A stretch of 63,118 nucleotides of DNA, the filler included, from Asterionella formosa (taxonomy: Eukaryota): the NCBI GenBank assembly GCA_002256025.1. It is 13 parts of 13 records of this genome, joined end to end, with 100 filler letters (N's around TTAATTAATTAA, not from the genome) between each part and the next. Parts side by side here need not be neighbours in the genome. Positions count along the whole stretch, not along the records: positions 2,335 to 19,429 come from NKIB01004562.1; positions 19,530 to 20,595 come from NKIB01004563.1; positions 20,696 to 37,781 come from NKIB01004564.1; 10 more parts are not named here. One strand, given 5' to 3'. The translations under genes and the position numbers were made by a program. The notes under the pieces are model-generated. The model did not search any database. It was not told the DNA's origin and saw only the letters and a list, made by a program, of their open reading frames with translations. Below, in pieces: positions 12,812 to 23,738 of this stretch (position 1 is the stretch's first letter; each line of letters opens with the position of its first letter).

Positions 12812-14303
12812 CTTTTGTTGTGTTTTTGAATGTTCTGCGGGAGAAACAATTTCTTTGCTTAGATGACAACGATCGCTGAAGAATGGCACTTGCAAAGGTC
12901 GATCGTGGCAGCAATCTGGGTCGTGATTTTGGAATTTGCCAACCATCACGAGAATCCAGCGTCGTTGCGTTATGTGTTTGTTCACAAAGCGAAGCCAGTC
13001 ATAAGAACATGCCACATGATCAGCTGAAGTTGTCATTGTGACACAAACTACATACCGGCATATACAAATATATATATATATCATTTGTACAAGTACGAGA
13101 AAAATGATGATAATGTAATCGTCATCGTATAAACGGAGTGTTTTATATACCGGTATATTACGTACTAGGTACTAACTATATATGTATAAAATGTGTAATA
13201 CTCCGTACCTTAGGTAATTGCTATTAGCTAGTCGGTCGAAAATTATCGAATATTTTATTACGAAGAGACTATCAGAAACTAGAAATAGTCTTCCAAGTAA
13301 GTACCGAAGCAAGTTCTTGCAAACCAGTCGTAGTTACCGTACCGGTACCGGTAGTTTAGTTCTTCTTACTTCAACGTACAAAAACTATCCCAATCTCATC
13401 GTAATGAAAACCAACTGTAGGATATATACCACATCGAGGTTGGGGAGGCGCGAGTAGGTTGACCTTCTCGCCACTCCATTGCTCAACCTACTCAAACCTG
13501 TCCTCCTAGAGTAACCAGGCGACAAACGCCCACATCGACTCGCTCAGCCAGTAAATTTATCGACTAATCCTGCTCCTCCTGCCGGGTACTACCAGCAGTC
13601 TGCACCCCCACCACCAAACCTCCATTATCAAGCTGTTGCCACTCCAACACCTCCACCACTACATGTGCAAATCAATCCAGAAACCACTCCCTCCACATCA
13701 ATTCATAAATCAGGTTTTGCTCCTACAGGCTCGATCTGAACATTTCTGAAATTTTGTTGCAATGACAAAAAAATGTTAGAGTTGTACAATTGTTAATGAA
13801 AATGCATTGACAATTTTTCACACCATTTTTCCACTGACCCATTTTCTTTTTCACTTTTTATTCTACTCCCTGCTTGTCATTTTCACTCCTTACCTTTCGA
13901 TTTCCGTTTCATACTTTGGTTGCTTATCAACATCATGTCGAATTTTTCGATGCATGTTACAATCATTCTTGCATGAAAAGAGTCATGCAAGACCAGTATA
14001 TTTGTTGAACAGTACCAGGTACCTAGTCTGATAAATTTCACACCTGATAGTAAGTGCTCCGTTATGAATACCCCATTAAATAGCGGTATTTATGTGACGT
14101 TAATAATGTCCATACTAAGAACTTACCGGAATGTAAATAGACCTACCTGTACTTGCCTAGACCTACATACTGGTACACGATGGGGTATGTCGCGGATAAC
14201 AGACCAGGAGTCCTTGACGCCGGTTCTCATAATTATTTTACAATTTCAATGAATTCCATTCACTCAGTGCTACTATTATCTATTTATATCTACAACTGCT
14301 CCG

Positions 14304-16040
14304 ATGGTATCCCACTCAGCCCACAGCAACGGCATACAAAGAGAGCGTCGTCTCCCCCAATTCTATCAGGGCTTGGCTCAGGAATCCTCGGAATCGTTTG
14401 ATAATATTTTGATATATTCTAGTTGCTGTCCAAGCGAAGGCTGCCTTTGCTCCATTGGTGTCATGGCGTTTCTGCTCCTTTGTTCATTTTCAGCCAGCTT
14501 ATCACAGAAAAAATTGATGCTCAACAATACTCTGACCCACGGCGAAACCTATTTTGGGGTAGAGCCTGTAACTGGCGCGTACAATGTGATGACGGATCCA
14601 TTTTCGTTGCCCATCTTCATGGTCGCACCAAAAGATAGTATCATTGATACAAAAGCGATTCAAGATACTATCGACGAGGCATGGGAGAGGGGAGGTGGGA
14701 GTGTTGTCTTCCCCCCGGGTCGCTACACGATTGGAAGCACCTTGGACCTAAAATCGAAAGTTTATCTTCGAATTGACCCCGACGTGCTTCTTGTTGGTTC
14801 CACTCAAGAATCGGACTTTCCACATCCCGACAGCTGGGAAGCGGCTGGGATTCCCAAATCATCGAAAGAAAATAATAGTATTTTGCCCATTCTTATTCGA
14901 TGCAAGGGTCAATCGCAAGTGGGAATATTTGGGGGTGGTACGATTGATGGATCTGCAGTTCCAGACTTGGTACATGGGTTCAACCTTACTGACGACAAAT
15001 ACATCCCCAATACTTGGCAAAGCAATGATACTTGCCAAGGAGAGTGCCGGATACAATTAATATTATTTGAACGATGCCAAAATGTCTATCTTTCTAACAT
15101 TTCGTTACAAAATTCACCCGATTGGACCCTCCACGTGCGCGGATCAGAGAATGTGCTGGTCGACCATGTAAGAATATTTGGTGATTGGAGATGGCCCAAC
15201 AATGATGGGATTGACGTTGATTCCAGTATAAATGTAACAATCACCAACTCAAGGATTGTAACTGCTGATGATGCACTTTGTATCAAAACAACTAGGGGCT
15301 ATGGACCCACCAAAAATATTTTGATAAGAAATAATATTGCCAAATCACGATCGTCTGCATTTAAGATTGGAAGTTCAACAATGGAGGACATAGAGGATAT
15401 ACTTGTTGAAAACTTGCATATCTTGGCTGATACCAATCGAGGCCTTGCTATTCAACATCGTGATGCTGGCAATATTCAACGTATTCACTTTCGACATGTT
15501 GTGATGGAGGGCTTGTCATTTCAACCAACAAGCTGGTGGGGAAGTGCTGAAGCAATTTATATATCTTCCATACCCCGATATTATCCCAAATGGAAATTAG
15601 GAGCTGTTTCAGATATCATCTTTGAAGATGTGACGGCATGGAATGCCGAACAGGGTGTGTTCTTGTCCTCTCGTCATGGAACGTTGCTCCGTGATGTGAG
15701 TTTCCTTGACACCAATATTCATATTGTAAACTATGATGATGACTCTTTCATCACTCGACTGACCCCACGATTACCTGGTGTGATGTATACGTCACCACAA
15801 CGAGATTATCGCCCATCGGAACCATCCATAAATGGAGAAACGGATATAGTGAAAACTGGCATGTATTTGGAAGGTGTCGATCGCACCTCGATGCGGACCA
15901 TTTCCTCCCAGATTTGGTTTGAGAGTTTTTCCACAAATGATGATGCAATGTGGCAAGGTTCCTGTATCAAAGGTGATGATGGCGAAGAGTTTCGAATGCC
16001 AGGGTTGAAATGTTCCTACGATCAGTTGCCGTTGTATTAA
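14304..16040 (+). CDS. Glycoside hydrolase family 28 (exo-polygalacturonase-like), intronless; alternative start 14463
   Basis: DTKAIQDTID, GGGSVVFPPGRY, NSPDWTLH, PNNDGIDVDSS, ADDALCIK, SSAFKIGS and RGLAIQHRD; hydrophobic N-terminal signal/anchor. Confidence 0.92.
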   Translation: MVSHSAHSNGIQRERRLPQFYQGLAQESSESFDNILIYSSCCPSEGCLCSIGVMAFLLLCSFSASLSQKKLMLNNTLTHGETYFGVEPVTGAYNVMTDPFSLPIFMVAPKDSIIDTKAIQDTIDEAWERGGGSVVFPPGRYTIGSTLDLKSKVYLRIDPDVLLVGSTQESDFPHPDSWEAAGIPKSSKENNSILPILIRCKGQSQVGIFGGGTIDGSAVPDLVHGFNLTDDKYIPNTWQSNDTCQGECRIQLILFERCQNVYLSNISLQNSPDWTLHVRGSENVLVDHVRIFGDWRWPNNDGIDVDSSINVTITNSRIVTADDALCIKTTRGYGPTKNILIRNNIAKSRSSAFKIGSSTMEDIEDILVENLHILADTNRGLAIQHRDAGNIQRIHFRHVVMEGLSFQPTSWWGSAEAIYISSIPRYYPKWKLGAVSDIIFEDVTAWNAEQGVFLSSRHGTLLRDVSFLDTNIHIVNYDDDSFITRLTPRLPGVMYTSPQRDYRPSEPSINGETDIVKTGMYLEGVDRTSMRTISSQIWFESFSTNDDAMWQGSCIKGDDGEEFRMPGLKCSYDQLPLY

Positions 16041-16298
16041 ATTTCTCATTGATCCATGGAAGGCAGAAGCACACCTCGTACAACAAATATATTTTATGTT
16101 TATTCAATAATAGTTTCATTACATCTCTATATTCATTAACTCGTCTGCTTCATATAGCTTTCATAATCTAGTTGTAACACCAAACTGTATTTGCTCAAAG
16201 TAGATCTCGCCTTGGTCCTGGCAAGCAAGAGGACGGATATGCAGTCAATAGTTCACTTAATTATTCTTCACTATCGCCATTGGCTACCAAACCTCAAG

Positions 16299-16299
<1 letters not shown>

Positions 16300-16350
<51 letters not shown>

Positions 16351-16395
16351 CGGGGGGGGGGGGGGGGCGGGGGCGGGNNNNNNNNNNCCCCCCCC
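16300..16395. other. Poly-G run next to a 10-N gap, likely sequencing artefact
   Basis: Near-pure G tract at a scaffold break, typical of two-colour Illumina signal loss. Confidence 0.75.
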
Positions 16396-17014
16396 CACAG
16401 TCATAAAATGAAGCTTGATAGATGAGAGCCATAACCAACTTGTTGATGGTGCATCACATCAACGAATCCCAGTGCGACAGCGAATAATTTGACCCCAAAG
16501 TTCATCATCCCGCCTCCAGGGTTGTCATCGTCGTCTTTGGTATTCATCATTGTTCCATTTCTATTCACTCTTGAACAAATGGACCAAAGTACCTGCCCTT
16601 CCTCTGGATTGATACTTGCAATGGTAAATACATTGATATCAACAGGTGCTAGAACATGGTTGGAATGGTTTGCACAACATAAAGGAAGATTCCTCGGACT
16701 GTACAAATGTGGTTCACATCGTAGCTACTATGATCATTCAAATACTTGGAGTCACATTGAAACTATCATTATTTCTCACAAAAATGTAATTACAAATACT
16801 TGGCGTTCGGCGAAACAACGGTAGCCAGCAGTGCAGCTCTCCGGTATCTCTCTAGAGTTTCTGACTAGAAAGTGTGTCACAGGAAGTCGAACTATGCACT
16901 ATCATACTACTTTTACATCCAGGATGCTTGAGTACGGTGGATACAACTATTGTTTCTGGTAGCTGCGTTTGTGCAGACCATTGAATTATCGAAAAAATAT
17001 TTAAGCTGTATCCG

Positions 17015-19429
17015 TTAGAACTTTGCAGCTGGTCTTGGAGCCTTAACGCGCTTTGAGAGAGGTTGAATCATCTTCCCAGCCCGTGTTATGATCTCAGGAC
17101 GAGTCATGTTCTTAACGGCACTAGTCACATTCCATTCCTTTCCCACAGCGCCCGTCATGGCCCGCTCATACTCTTGGCGGCTTGTGTAAGGATAAGGAAT
17201 ATTGGCAATCTGAAAGCTACCGGCAGTTTTTTTGATACGCTTCTCATTGATGATGACAAGCGGTTTCTTATCGTCGGCTCGCTTTCGCTTGGGAAGCGCA
17301 TTTTCGGGGGCTTGCAACTTTTTAGGAATCTTACGGGGAGGTTTTGAAGGGGGAGCGCCCGCTCCGGCCCAAGAGCCCCACCCATTGGACGTCTTGGGTA
17401 CATCCTTCTTTGTGCGTGTTGGGTCGTCACGGTCCATTGCTTCGGCCTTTTCCTTCGCGAAGTCCTCTTCGACTTCTGTATCAGTGGGGGCTGAAAATGC
17501 ACGGCGAACAAGTTCTTCCTGTGTCAGGGAAGCAATGTTGGTAGAATTCGTGGATGGTTTTCCTTTCGTTGCTTTGTTGTGCGCTTCCATGGGCAAATTG
17601 TCCGTGAACAAATCGACCGCGCCGACAACATCAACGACTCCTTTTTTATTGAAACCCGATGTTTTGCGTTTCTTCTTATTTCTAGGTTCTGTAATAGCTG
17701 TATTGGAATCGTTCGTTGCTGCCAACCATGGGTTAGACTCGTCTTCGTTCATTTTCGTCATGGCAGAAGTGGATGACGATGCATTCTTTTTTACAGGATT
17801 TGTATGGTCTTCATCAGTTGCCTTTAAGAAAATCTTCTCGGTATCTGTGGCTTGCACACTCACTTCAAAAGTACTTGTATGCGGTCTGGTCCTAGAACTC
17901 AGCTCTACATCACCATTTTCACTGTTGCGACCGCTACCCAAATCAATGTTGATGCCGCCACTTACAGAGATTGAATTGGAGTTTCCAAAATCCAAGGAAG
18001 TTGCCACCAGCTTGCCGTCGCCCAAGATATGCTTGATTTCTTCAGCCGATGAAGCCTTTTTCGCCCTCTTCGGTTTCTGCTCCACTTCACTTTGCTCGTC
18101 CGCACCGGCGTGTTGCGCATTTGCTTCTAGTTCTTGCAGGAGTATTCTCGCTTCTTCCTTAGCCTGCTGTCTCTGCTTTTCCACACCCTTTTGCATGAAG
18201 GACAAAGCAAAAAGTCCCTTGCTTTGCTTGGCAGAAATTGCTTCGCCTTCCGTCTCTTGTAGAATCCTTTTTGCTGTCTCCACCAAATCTTCATTTTCAT
18301 CGCCATCATCATCGCTGTCACCAGTGCCATTCATTTTATTTCTTAAATCCTCGCCCCTTTTCAACTGCGCTGACAAAGCCCGCCTCGTATCTTGGTCGAC
18401 ATGCTTGCCACGTTTCAAAATACGCTTTGCCCATTTGGATGTATTTTTGTGCGCCAACGATGCTCGCTCCCGCATGCGGTCCAATTCTTCCTTTTCGTCC
18501 AATTCTTGTTGTAGAGTTGGATCATCTTGAATATTGGCCTCCAATTCACCATCCTTGGCACGTTCCCTTTGCTTCTTACGGATACGCCGGTACTTTTTTG
18601 ACTTGATTTTATTCATGTGATGACGTTTTTGTTCGTGGTAAAACATTAGGGCTCGTAATTTGGCCAACTCCCCCCGACGTTCTTTGTAGGCCTCCATGGT
18701 AATTTCATTATTCCCCAAGTCATCCATCATTTGTTGTTCTGCCTTGAGCATACTTGCTTCATCTTGCTGACCAGCTTGTGTCAATGCTTCAGCTAATTCC
18801 TTTTCAAAGTCAGTCGTTGGTTTAAACTTCCCAACTAGGGCATGCTTGGAAAGTACATTGATGCCTCGTGGACGAAAATCAAGTGTTTCCGCCTGTCGAT
18901 TCTCTTGTACGGCATCAATCCATTGTGTGACTTGTTCCGTCGAGTCTTCGTAGTGCACTTTTCGTTGGGCCCGATCTGAGACGATCCTGGCAACAGGGGT
19001 GGAGGTTGTCCTTCCCTTGGATAATTTGTCCATGGTGGATTGCATCTTACCAAAGCCATGTGTATCTTGTAGACCATTCATGAGAGCGTCCATGGTGAGC
19101 GTCGATGTAACGACGGAGGAAGAGTATTCTGATTCTTTCAGGTGTGACGCCAGAGCATGAGGTGTCTCGGCAGTGGTAGCGCTGTCAAGTTTATTTAATA
19201 AATCCAACATGTACTGTCCTCCATCTCCTTCTTCACTACTGTCATCGGATGATGCAATGTCATCAGAGTCTTCCTCACTCTCCTCGCCTCGTCCTTCCTT
19301 GTTGCTATTCTTGCTCGAGAAGAAGGAGCCATATCGGCGCTCATCTTCGGAATTGAAGGCCTCATCTTCATCAATTTCTTCGTCATCGTCACTATCCACG
19401 TGCTCGACTATGCGAGGTCGTTGCTGCTG
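17015..19429 (-). CDS. UTP14: U3 snoRNA-associated protein 14 (SSU processome), 5'-partial
   Basis: VQENRQAETLDF, ELAKLRALMFYHEQKRHHMNKIKSKKYRRI, ERASLAHKNTSKWAK, GWGSWAG, VIINEK, PYPYTSRQEYER..GKEWN and ITRAGKMIQP. Confidence 0.96.
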   Translation of the reverse strand, partial: QQQRPRIVEHVDSDDDEEIDEDEAFNSEDERRYGSFFSSKNSNKEGRGEESEEDSDDIASSDDSSEEGDGGQYMLDLLNKLDSATTAETPHALASHLKESEYSSSVVTSTLTMDALMNGLQDTHGFGKMQSTMDKLSKGRTTSTPVARIVSDRAQRKVHYEDSTEQVTQWIDAVQENRQAETLDFRPRGINVLSKHALVGKFKPTTDFEKELAEALTQAGQQDEASMLKAEQQMMDDLGNNEITMEAYKERRGELAKLRALMFYHEQKRHHMNKIKSKKYRRIRKKQRERAKDGELEANIQDDPTLQQELDEKEELDRMRERASLAHKNTSKWAKRILKRGKHVDQDTRRALSAQLKRGEDLRNKMNGTGDSDDDGDENEDLVETAKRILQETEGEAISAKQSKGLFALSFMQKGVEKQRQQAKEEARILLQELEANAQHAGADEQSEVEQKPKRAKKASSAEEIKHILGDGKLVATSLDFGNSNSISVSGGINIDLGSGRNSENGDVELSSRTRPHTSTFEVSVQATDTEKIFLKATDEDHTNPVKKNASSSTSAMTKMNEDESNPWLAATNDSNTAITEPRNKKKRKTSGFNKKGVVDVVGAVDLFTDNLPMEAHNKATKGKPSTNSTNIASLTQEELVRRAFSAPTDTEVEEDFAKEKAEAMDRDDPTRTKKDVPKTSNGWGSWAGAGAPPSKPPRKIPKKLQAPENALPKRKRADDKKPLVIINEKRIKKTAGSFQIANIPYPYTSRQEYERAMTGAVGKEWNVTSAVKNMTRPEIITRAGKMIQPLSKRVKAPRPAAKF

Positions 19430-19529
19430 NNNNNNNNNNNNNNNNNNNNNNNNNNNNNNNNNNNNNNNNNNNNTTAATTAATTAANNNNNNNNNNNNNNN
19501 NNNNNNNNNNNNNNNNNNNNNNNNNNNNN

Positions 19530-20595
19530 ACATTCCTCCAATGATGTTGTGCAAGAGTATGGATTTGCAGCACTTGTGAAAACAATTCCTCTAGAGAATG
19601 TTGTTGCACCACCTACTGTATCACTACCAACTCTCTCTGGTGAAGTTGTGCGAATATGATCCATTGTATTAATTGTCATTGTTCCTAAGCAAGTAGATTC
19701 GCCATTTGAAACGGAGTCTAATTCAAAACCTGTGAAAATTGTATCTCTGGTTAGAATAGCTTGTTGCATATTACCGTTAATAGTACCACCATAATATACG
19801 TTTCTTGTAAGCGTACCTAATGAAGGATATAATGGACGAGCAGTAAAGAACGATCTTGAATTTCTATAAATAGTTATTGCAGTAGCAGGAGAAGCTAAAC
19901 CTACTGTTAAATTTCCATTAGGATTTACACTTCCTTCAACTAAATAAATTGCATTTCTAACAACAACGGCAGAGTTATAAGTAGTACCTGCAGAGTTTTG
20001 GTGATAAATTTGAGGAATCATACCACCAGTATATGTACCAGCTCCAGAAACTGTTGAAGCAGCACCTCCCGTAAACAATAAAGTTGTAGTAGTTGCTCCA
20101 TTTACTGTAACAGTACCTTCATTTGTCAAGTTACCACCTAAATAAGTCCATCTTGCTACGGTAGTAACTGTTCCTGTATTTGAAGTATATGTAGCACCCG
20201 TATTAACAGTCATGTTTCCAAATGCTTGTAATACTTGAGAAACTGAACTTGAGTAAAATCTTAATGTACCATTAACAGTTACATCTTGAGTACGTGCAAT
20301 ATTAACATCTATATCAACGGTGTGACCAACATCGATAACAACGTGGTTATTTGCATTTGGAACGATACCACCAACCCAAGTTGCAGGATTACTCCATAAA
20401 CCTGTGCCAGCAGAAGTAATAGTTGTTGGAGTGAATTCTTCAACACTAAAACTATCAATAAATAAGTTAGCTGAAAAACTGTATGCAGCATTTCTAACTA
20501 ATCCAAATTTTGCAGTGCTTACTTTATAAGCAGCAGGTACCTTAACATTAAAGCTTGACCATGCAGTAGCAGAGGTCATTGTTCCTGCAGCTGCA
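19530..20595 (-). CDS. Fragment of a large bacterial-type secreted beta-rich protein with a G8-like motif; likely contaminant contig
   Basis: Frame open across the whole contig; ITSAGTGLWSNPATWVGGIVPNANNHVVIDVGHTVDID motif typical of Bacteroidota T9SS-exported proteins; T/G/N-rich with strongly A/T-ending codons, unlike host genes. Confidence 0.75.
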
Positions 20596-21569
20596 NNNNN
20601 NNNNNNNNNNNNNNNNNNNNNNNNNNNNNNNNNNNNNNNTTAATTAATTAANNNNNNNNNNNNNNNNNNNNNNNNNNNNNNNNNNNNNNNNNNNNCTTAC
20701 TAGCGATCTTGCACATTCAGAACAATACTAAACGAGCCACATGCAGCCGTTTGTACCGGTTTACTAGTACCGGTGGTATACATTGTTAGCGTTGCCCACG
20801 TGTAAATCTGTGTAGGGACCTACCGGTAGTTCGACTCAGTCGAAAAATGTAGCAACTCGCTTGGTGGGGCTATTGGTTTGATCGGCCAGGTTCCGAAAGA
20901 CTGTAGATACGACACATACATAGGACATATAAAGAACTCCTTTCTGCGCGCAGCAAGAAACTCGACCAAGAAAAGGAAGCAACAAGACAGCAGTAACCAA
21001 CGTTACGGTACCCCTGGTACCAGGTACCAGGTACCTGTTCAAGATCCTATGACATAGAATGAATCACAATCCGTTTGTCGGTGTCTATGTGTTGCTTTCC
21101 CAATTTTTATCTTCAGTCGTGCCTGTGCATCTGGGAAGGATTCTTCTCCTCCTTTCTCCATGTCGTTCATTCAATATAATGCATACACTGTATGTATAAT
21201 GCATCGATAAATGAGGGTTCGTTCGACAAATTCATGGAGCTCGACGCTCTTGATACAAGTCACAACTCCTGCTCGGCTCGATAGCACCAGTAACTAAATT
21301 GTGACGTCTGACTGACTACCGGTACCTGGTACCAACTGGTACCGGCACTTTGTTTTTCAAGTAAACCGCGCTTTTCCCAAACAGGGTTGAAAACGAGAAA
21401 ACTATTCGTAAATTGAACTGCCCATTGGCATTTGCACCACAATTGCACCACTATTACTTACAAAAACCAAAATTGCACCATCAGACTACGGTACTAATAT
21501 ATCAAATCCGTACTGCCTGCACTACGGTAGTGATATTTGCTATGTAGGATCACGATCAGATTCATATAC

Positions 21570-22480
21570 TAAGATATGCATAACGTAACCAATGGCCGTT
21601 GCCTATTGTACCCGGCACATACATATAATGGTCCATTCATCACTTACTCTTACCGCTACTAATAAAATCCTGCAAGTATTTCAAAAGATACAGATTAACA
21701 AGGCCATCATGTTTTGTATTACAATGCTCAAAAGAATACGAAGATTACTTGCCTCAAACGGAGGATAGCAAACCAAAGCAATTATAAAATTTCAAAATGA
21801 CTCTGTGCTGACGTCATATCGTCGCTGCACCACATTGCACCACCATAGAGACCTACGGGTAGCAGTAAAAAACTGCTGTGCTTGACCCACTAAAAAAATG
21901 TGAAACCGGGACCCCTGAACTATAATTGTTTGTTGAATCCTGAAAAGCAGCTGACGAAATTTGGTGTTGTCCCTATTGAATAGAATCCCACACAACAACT
22001 GCACATCTATTACACCTGACCAGCTCAACTTGCGAGATAGACTTTCAGGAACCCTTGCAAATCAAATGATTGAATATATACTTAACAGAGAAGCTGTGCG
22101 AAAATTGGTAATGATGCAGCAGAACATGCCAGGAAAAGAAAGCGAACATCACAAGCAGCAATCGACACACACAAACAAATGACTGCAGCACTGCACTTTG
22201 CTGTTGGAAACACCTGTCTAGCTACTAGCTAAGTCCACTGCTTGCCGGAAATCAAACGCCGGCAAGAAATCCAGGAACAAAACAAGGAGCAGAAATCGAA
22301 TCGACGGTCTTTTGAATTTTCACAGAAGGTACAGGCCATCAGAGACACTGGAAAGGAAGTTGGAAGGAACAACATAGCTTAATTGAAAACAATGGTGACA
22401 AGGTACTACTAGCATGATGGCCATGTGCCACTTCCAACAACCAGACAGACCAAGATACTTGGAGTCTTTTTGCCATGGAG
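21570..22480 (+). mobile_element. Degenerate pogo/Tc5-like (DDE_1-type) transposase C-terminal relic
   Basis: Broken frames read GPLNYNCLLNPE, DQLNLRDRLSGTLANQMIEY, ARKRKRTSQAAIDTHKQMTAALHFAVG, KVQAIRDTGK and LKTMV..PLPTT, resembling diatom DDE transposase tails; many stops and frameshifts. Confidence 0.5.
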
Positions 22481-23025
22481 AAAGGGATTCTTCATATCCA
22501 CCAATTCAACCTCGTTGTGTTGTGCTTGTGGGAGGGCAGGAGCTTAGGGATGATGACGATGGTGTGGTGGTGTTGATGGGCACAAGCATTTAATGTGGAT
22601 AAATTCATTTGTGTGTGATTTTGATAAATATGTATAAAATTTTAACTTCACTTAAAATAAGCGCTTTAAGAGTACTCATTTGCTAGAAGGGTAGACCACT
22701 TAGCGCTTCCTGGCGCTGCCAGCACTGATGTTGATGTTTGCAACTGAATGTTTTGTTTAATGATTTCCTGTTACAGATATAAATATTTACCTATGGAGCA
22801 CTTCATGTGCAGATAGGGGTTTTGTTCTGCATATCCCTACTTGGAACATGTAGGTAGTGGAAGCCTCTTAATTAAAGGATGCAAATTAGTTTAGCTTGTC
22901 CATCTTTTTCTATAGTAATAGTAGAAACATTGAGACCCCCATCCTTGCATAGCTCAGTTGGAATCGTTGTTGTTTACATAATAATGGCAATCAAATCATT
23001 ACCTCTACCATGTTGTTGGTTACAC

Positions 23026-23487
23026 CAGATGATAGACTATTATATGGTAACTAAATTTTTAAGTACGCGTTATTGAGCCTCGACTAAAGTGTGGAGTTCG
23101 TTGGGTCGCACTGGGGCGCAAAGCGCTCGGTTCGATTAGATGGACTTAGACAGGTGAAGAGGGACGGCGAGGGGTCGCGCGACGGATAAGAAATTTTCGG
23201 ATTGTGCCCTGGCGGCGTTTGTCTTGACGTATTTGGGATGTGAGGCGTAGTTGACCCGCACGATAGATTGCCAGCCAGGCCGTCAGTGCCGACGGGGAAT
23301 GAAGTAAGCATTGAGAGAGAGGAAGGCCAAATATATGTCCTTGTTCATCAGCTGGGACGGAGATCTGGTTTGAGTAAGCTGTAGTTGTCTGTGTTCGAAG
23401 CAATGTGATTCGGCGTGCATTAGTGGCAAGGAGAGTGGCGCCATAGACAAAATCATTGCGATTATTCAGATGATAGACTATTATATG
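23026..23487 (-). mobile_element. 5'-truncated non-LTR retrotransposon (LINE, Ambal-like) 3' end bounded by a 21-bp direct repeat
   Basis: CpG-rich island; minus ORF RNDFVYG..R.TLLR....AY....IFGLPLSQCL..SPSALTAWL resembles diatom LINE ORF2 C-termini; exact repeat CAGATGATAGACTATTATATG at 23026-23046 and 23467-23487. Confidence 0.6.
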
Positions 23488-23738
23488 CAACTAAATGTAT
23501 TTTTATTCAAACACAGTGCTCACCACCAGGCATGACTACCTGAATATACCTCTTATATACATGCACATGTCTGCAACACCAGAACCAAAAGAAAAAGATG
23601 TAATGATACTCACCAAGCACTGGTAAATCCATTCCATACAAACAAACAATTGCCACTCAGAGGAATATTTGCAAAATCGAATTTTAAAGCAGAGAGTAAC
23701 CTGGACCACCTGATATTCTCATGACAGTACAGAGATTC

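Noticed and set aside
16300..16395. Poly-G as G-quadruplex or Gly-rich ORF (16191-16406)
   Set aside because: Sits at a scaffold gap; most likely sequencing dropout.
16401..16824. Overlapping ~100-aa ORFs between GH28 and UTP14
   Set aside because: No motifs or splice support; adjacent to an artefactual gap.
17232..18530. 432-aa plus-strand ORF and similar antisense ORFs (6415, 11345, 54997)
   Set aside because: Shadows of well-supported genes on the opposite strand.
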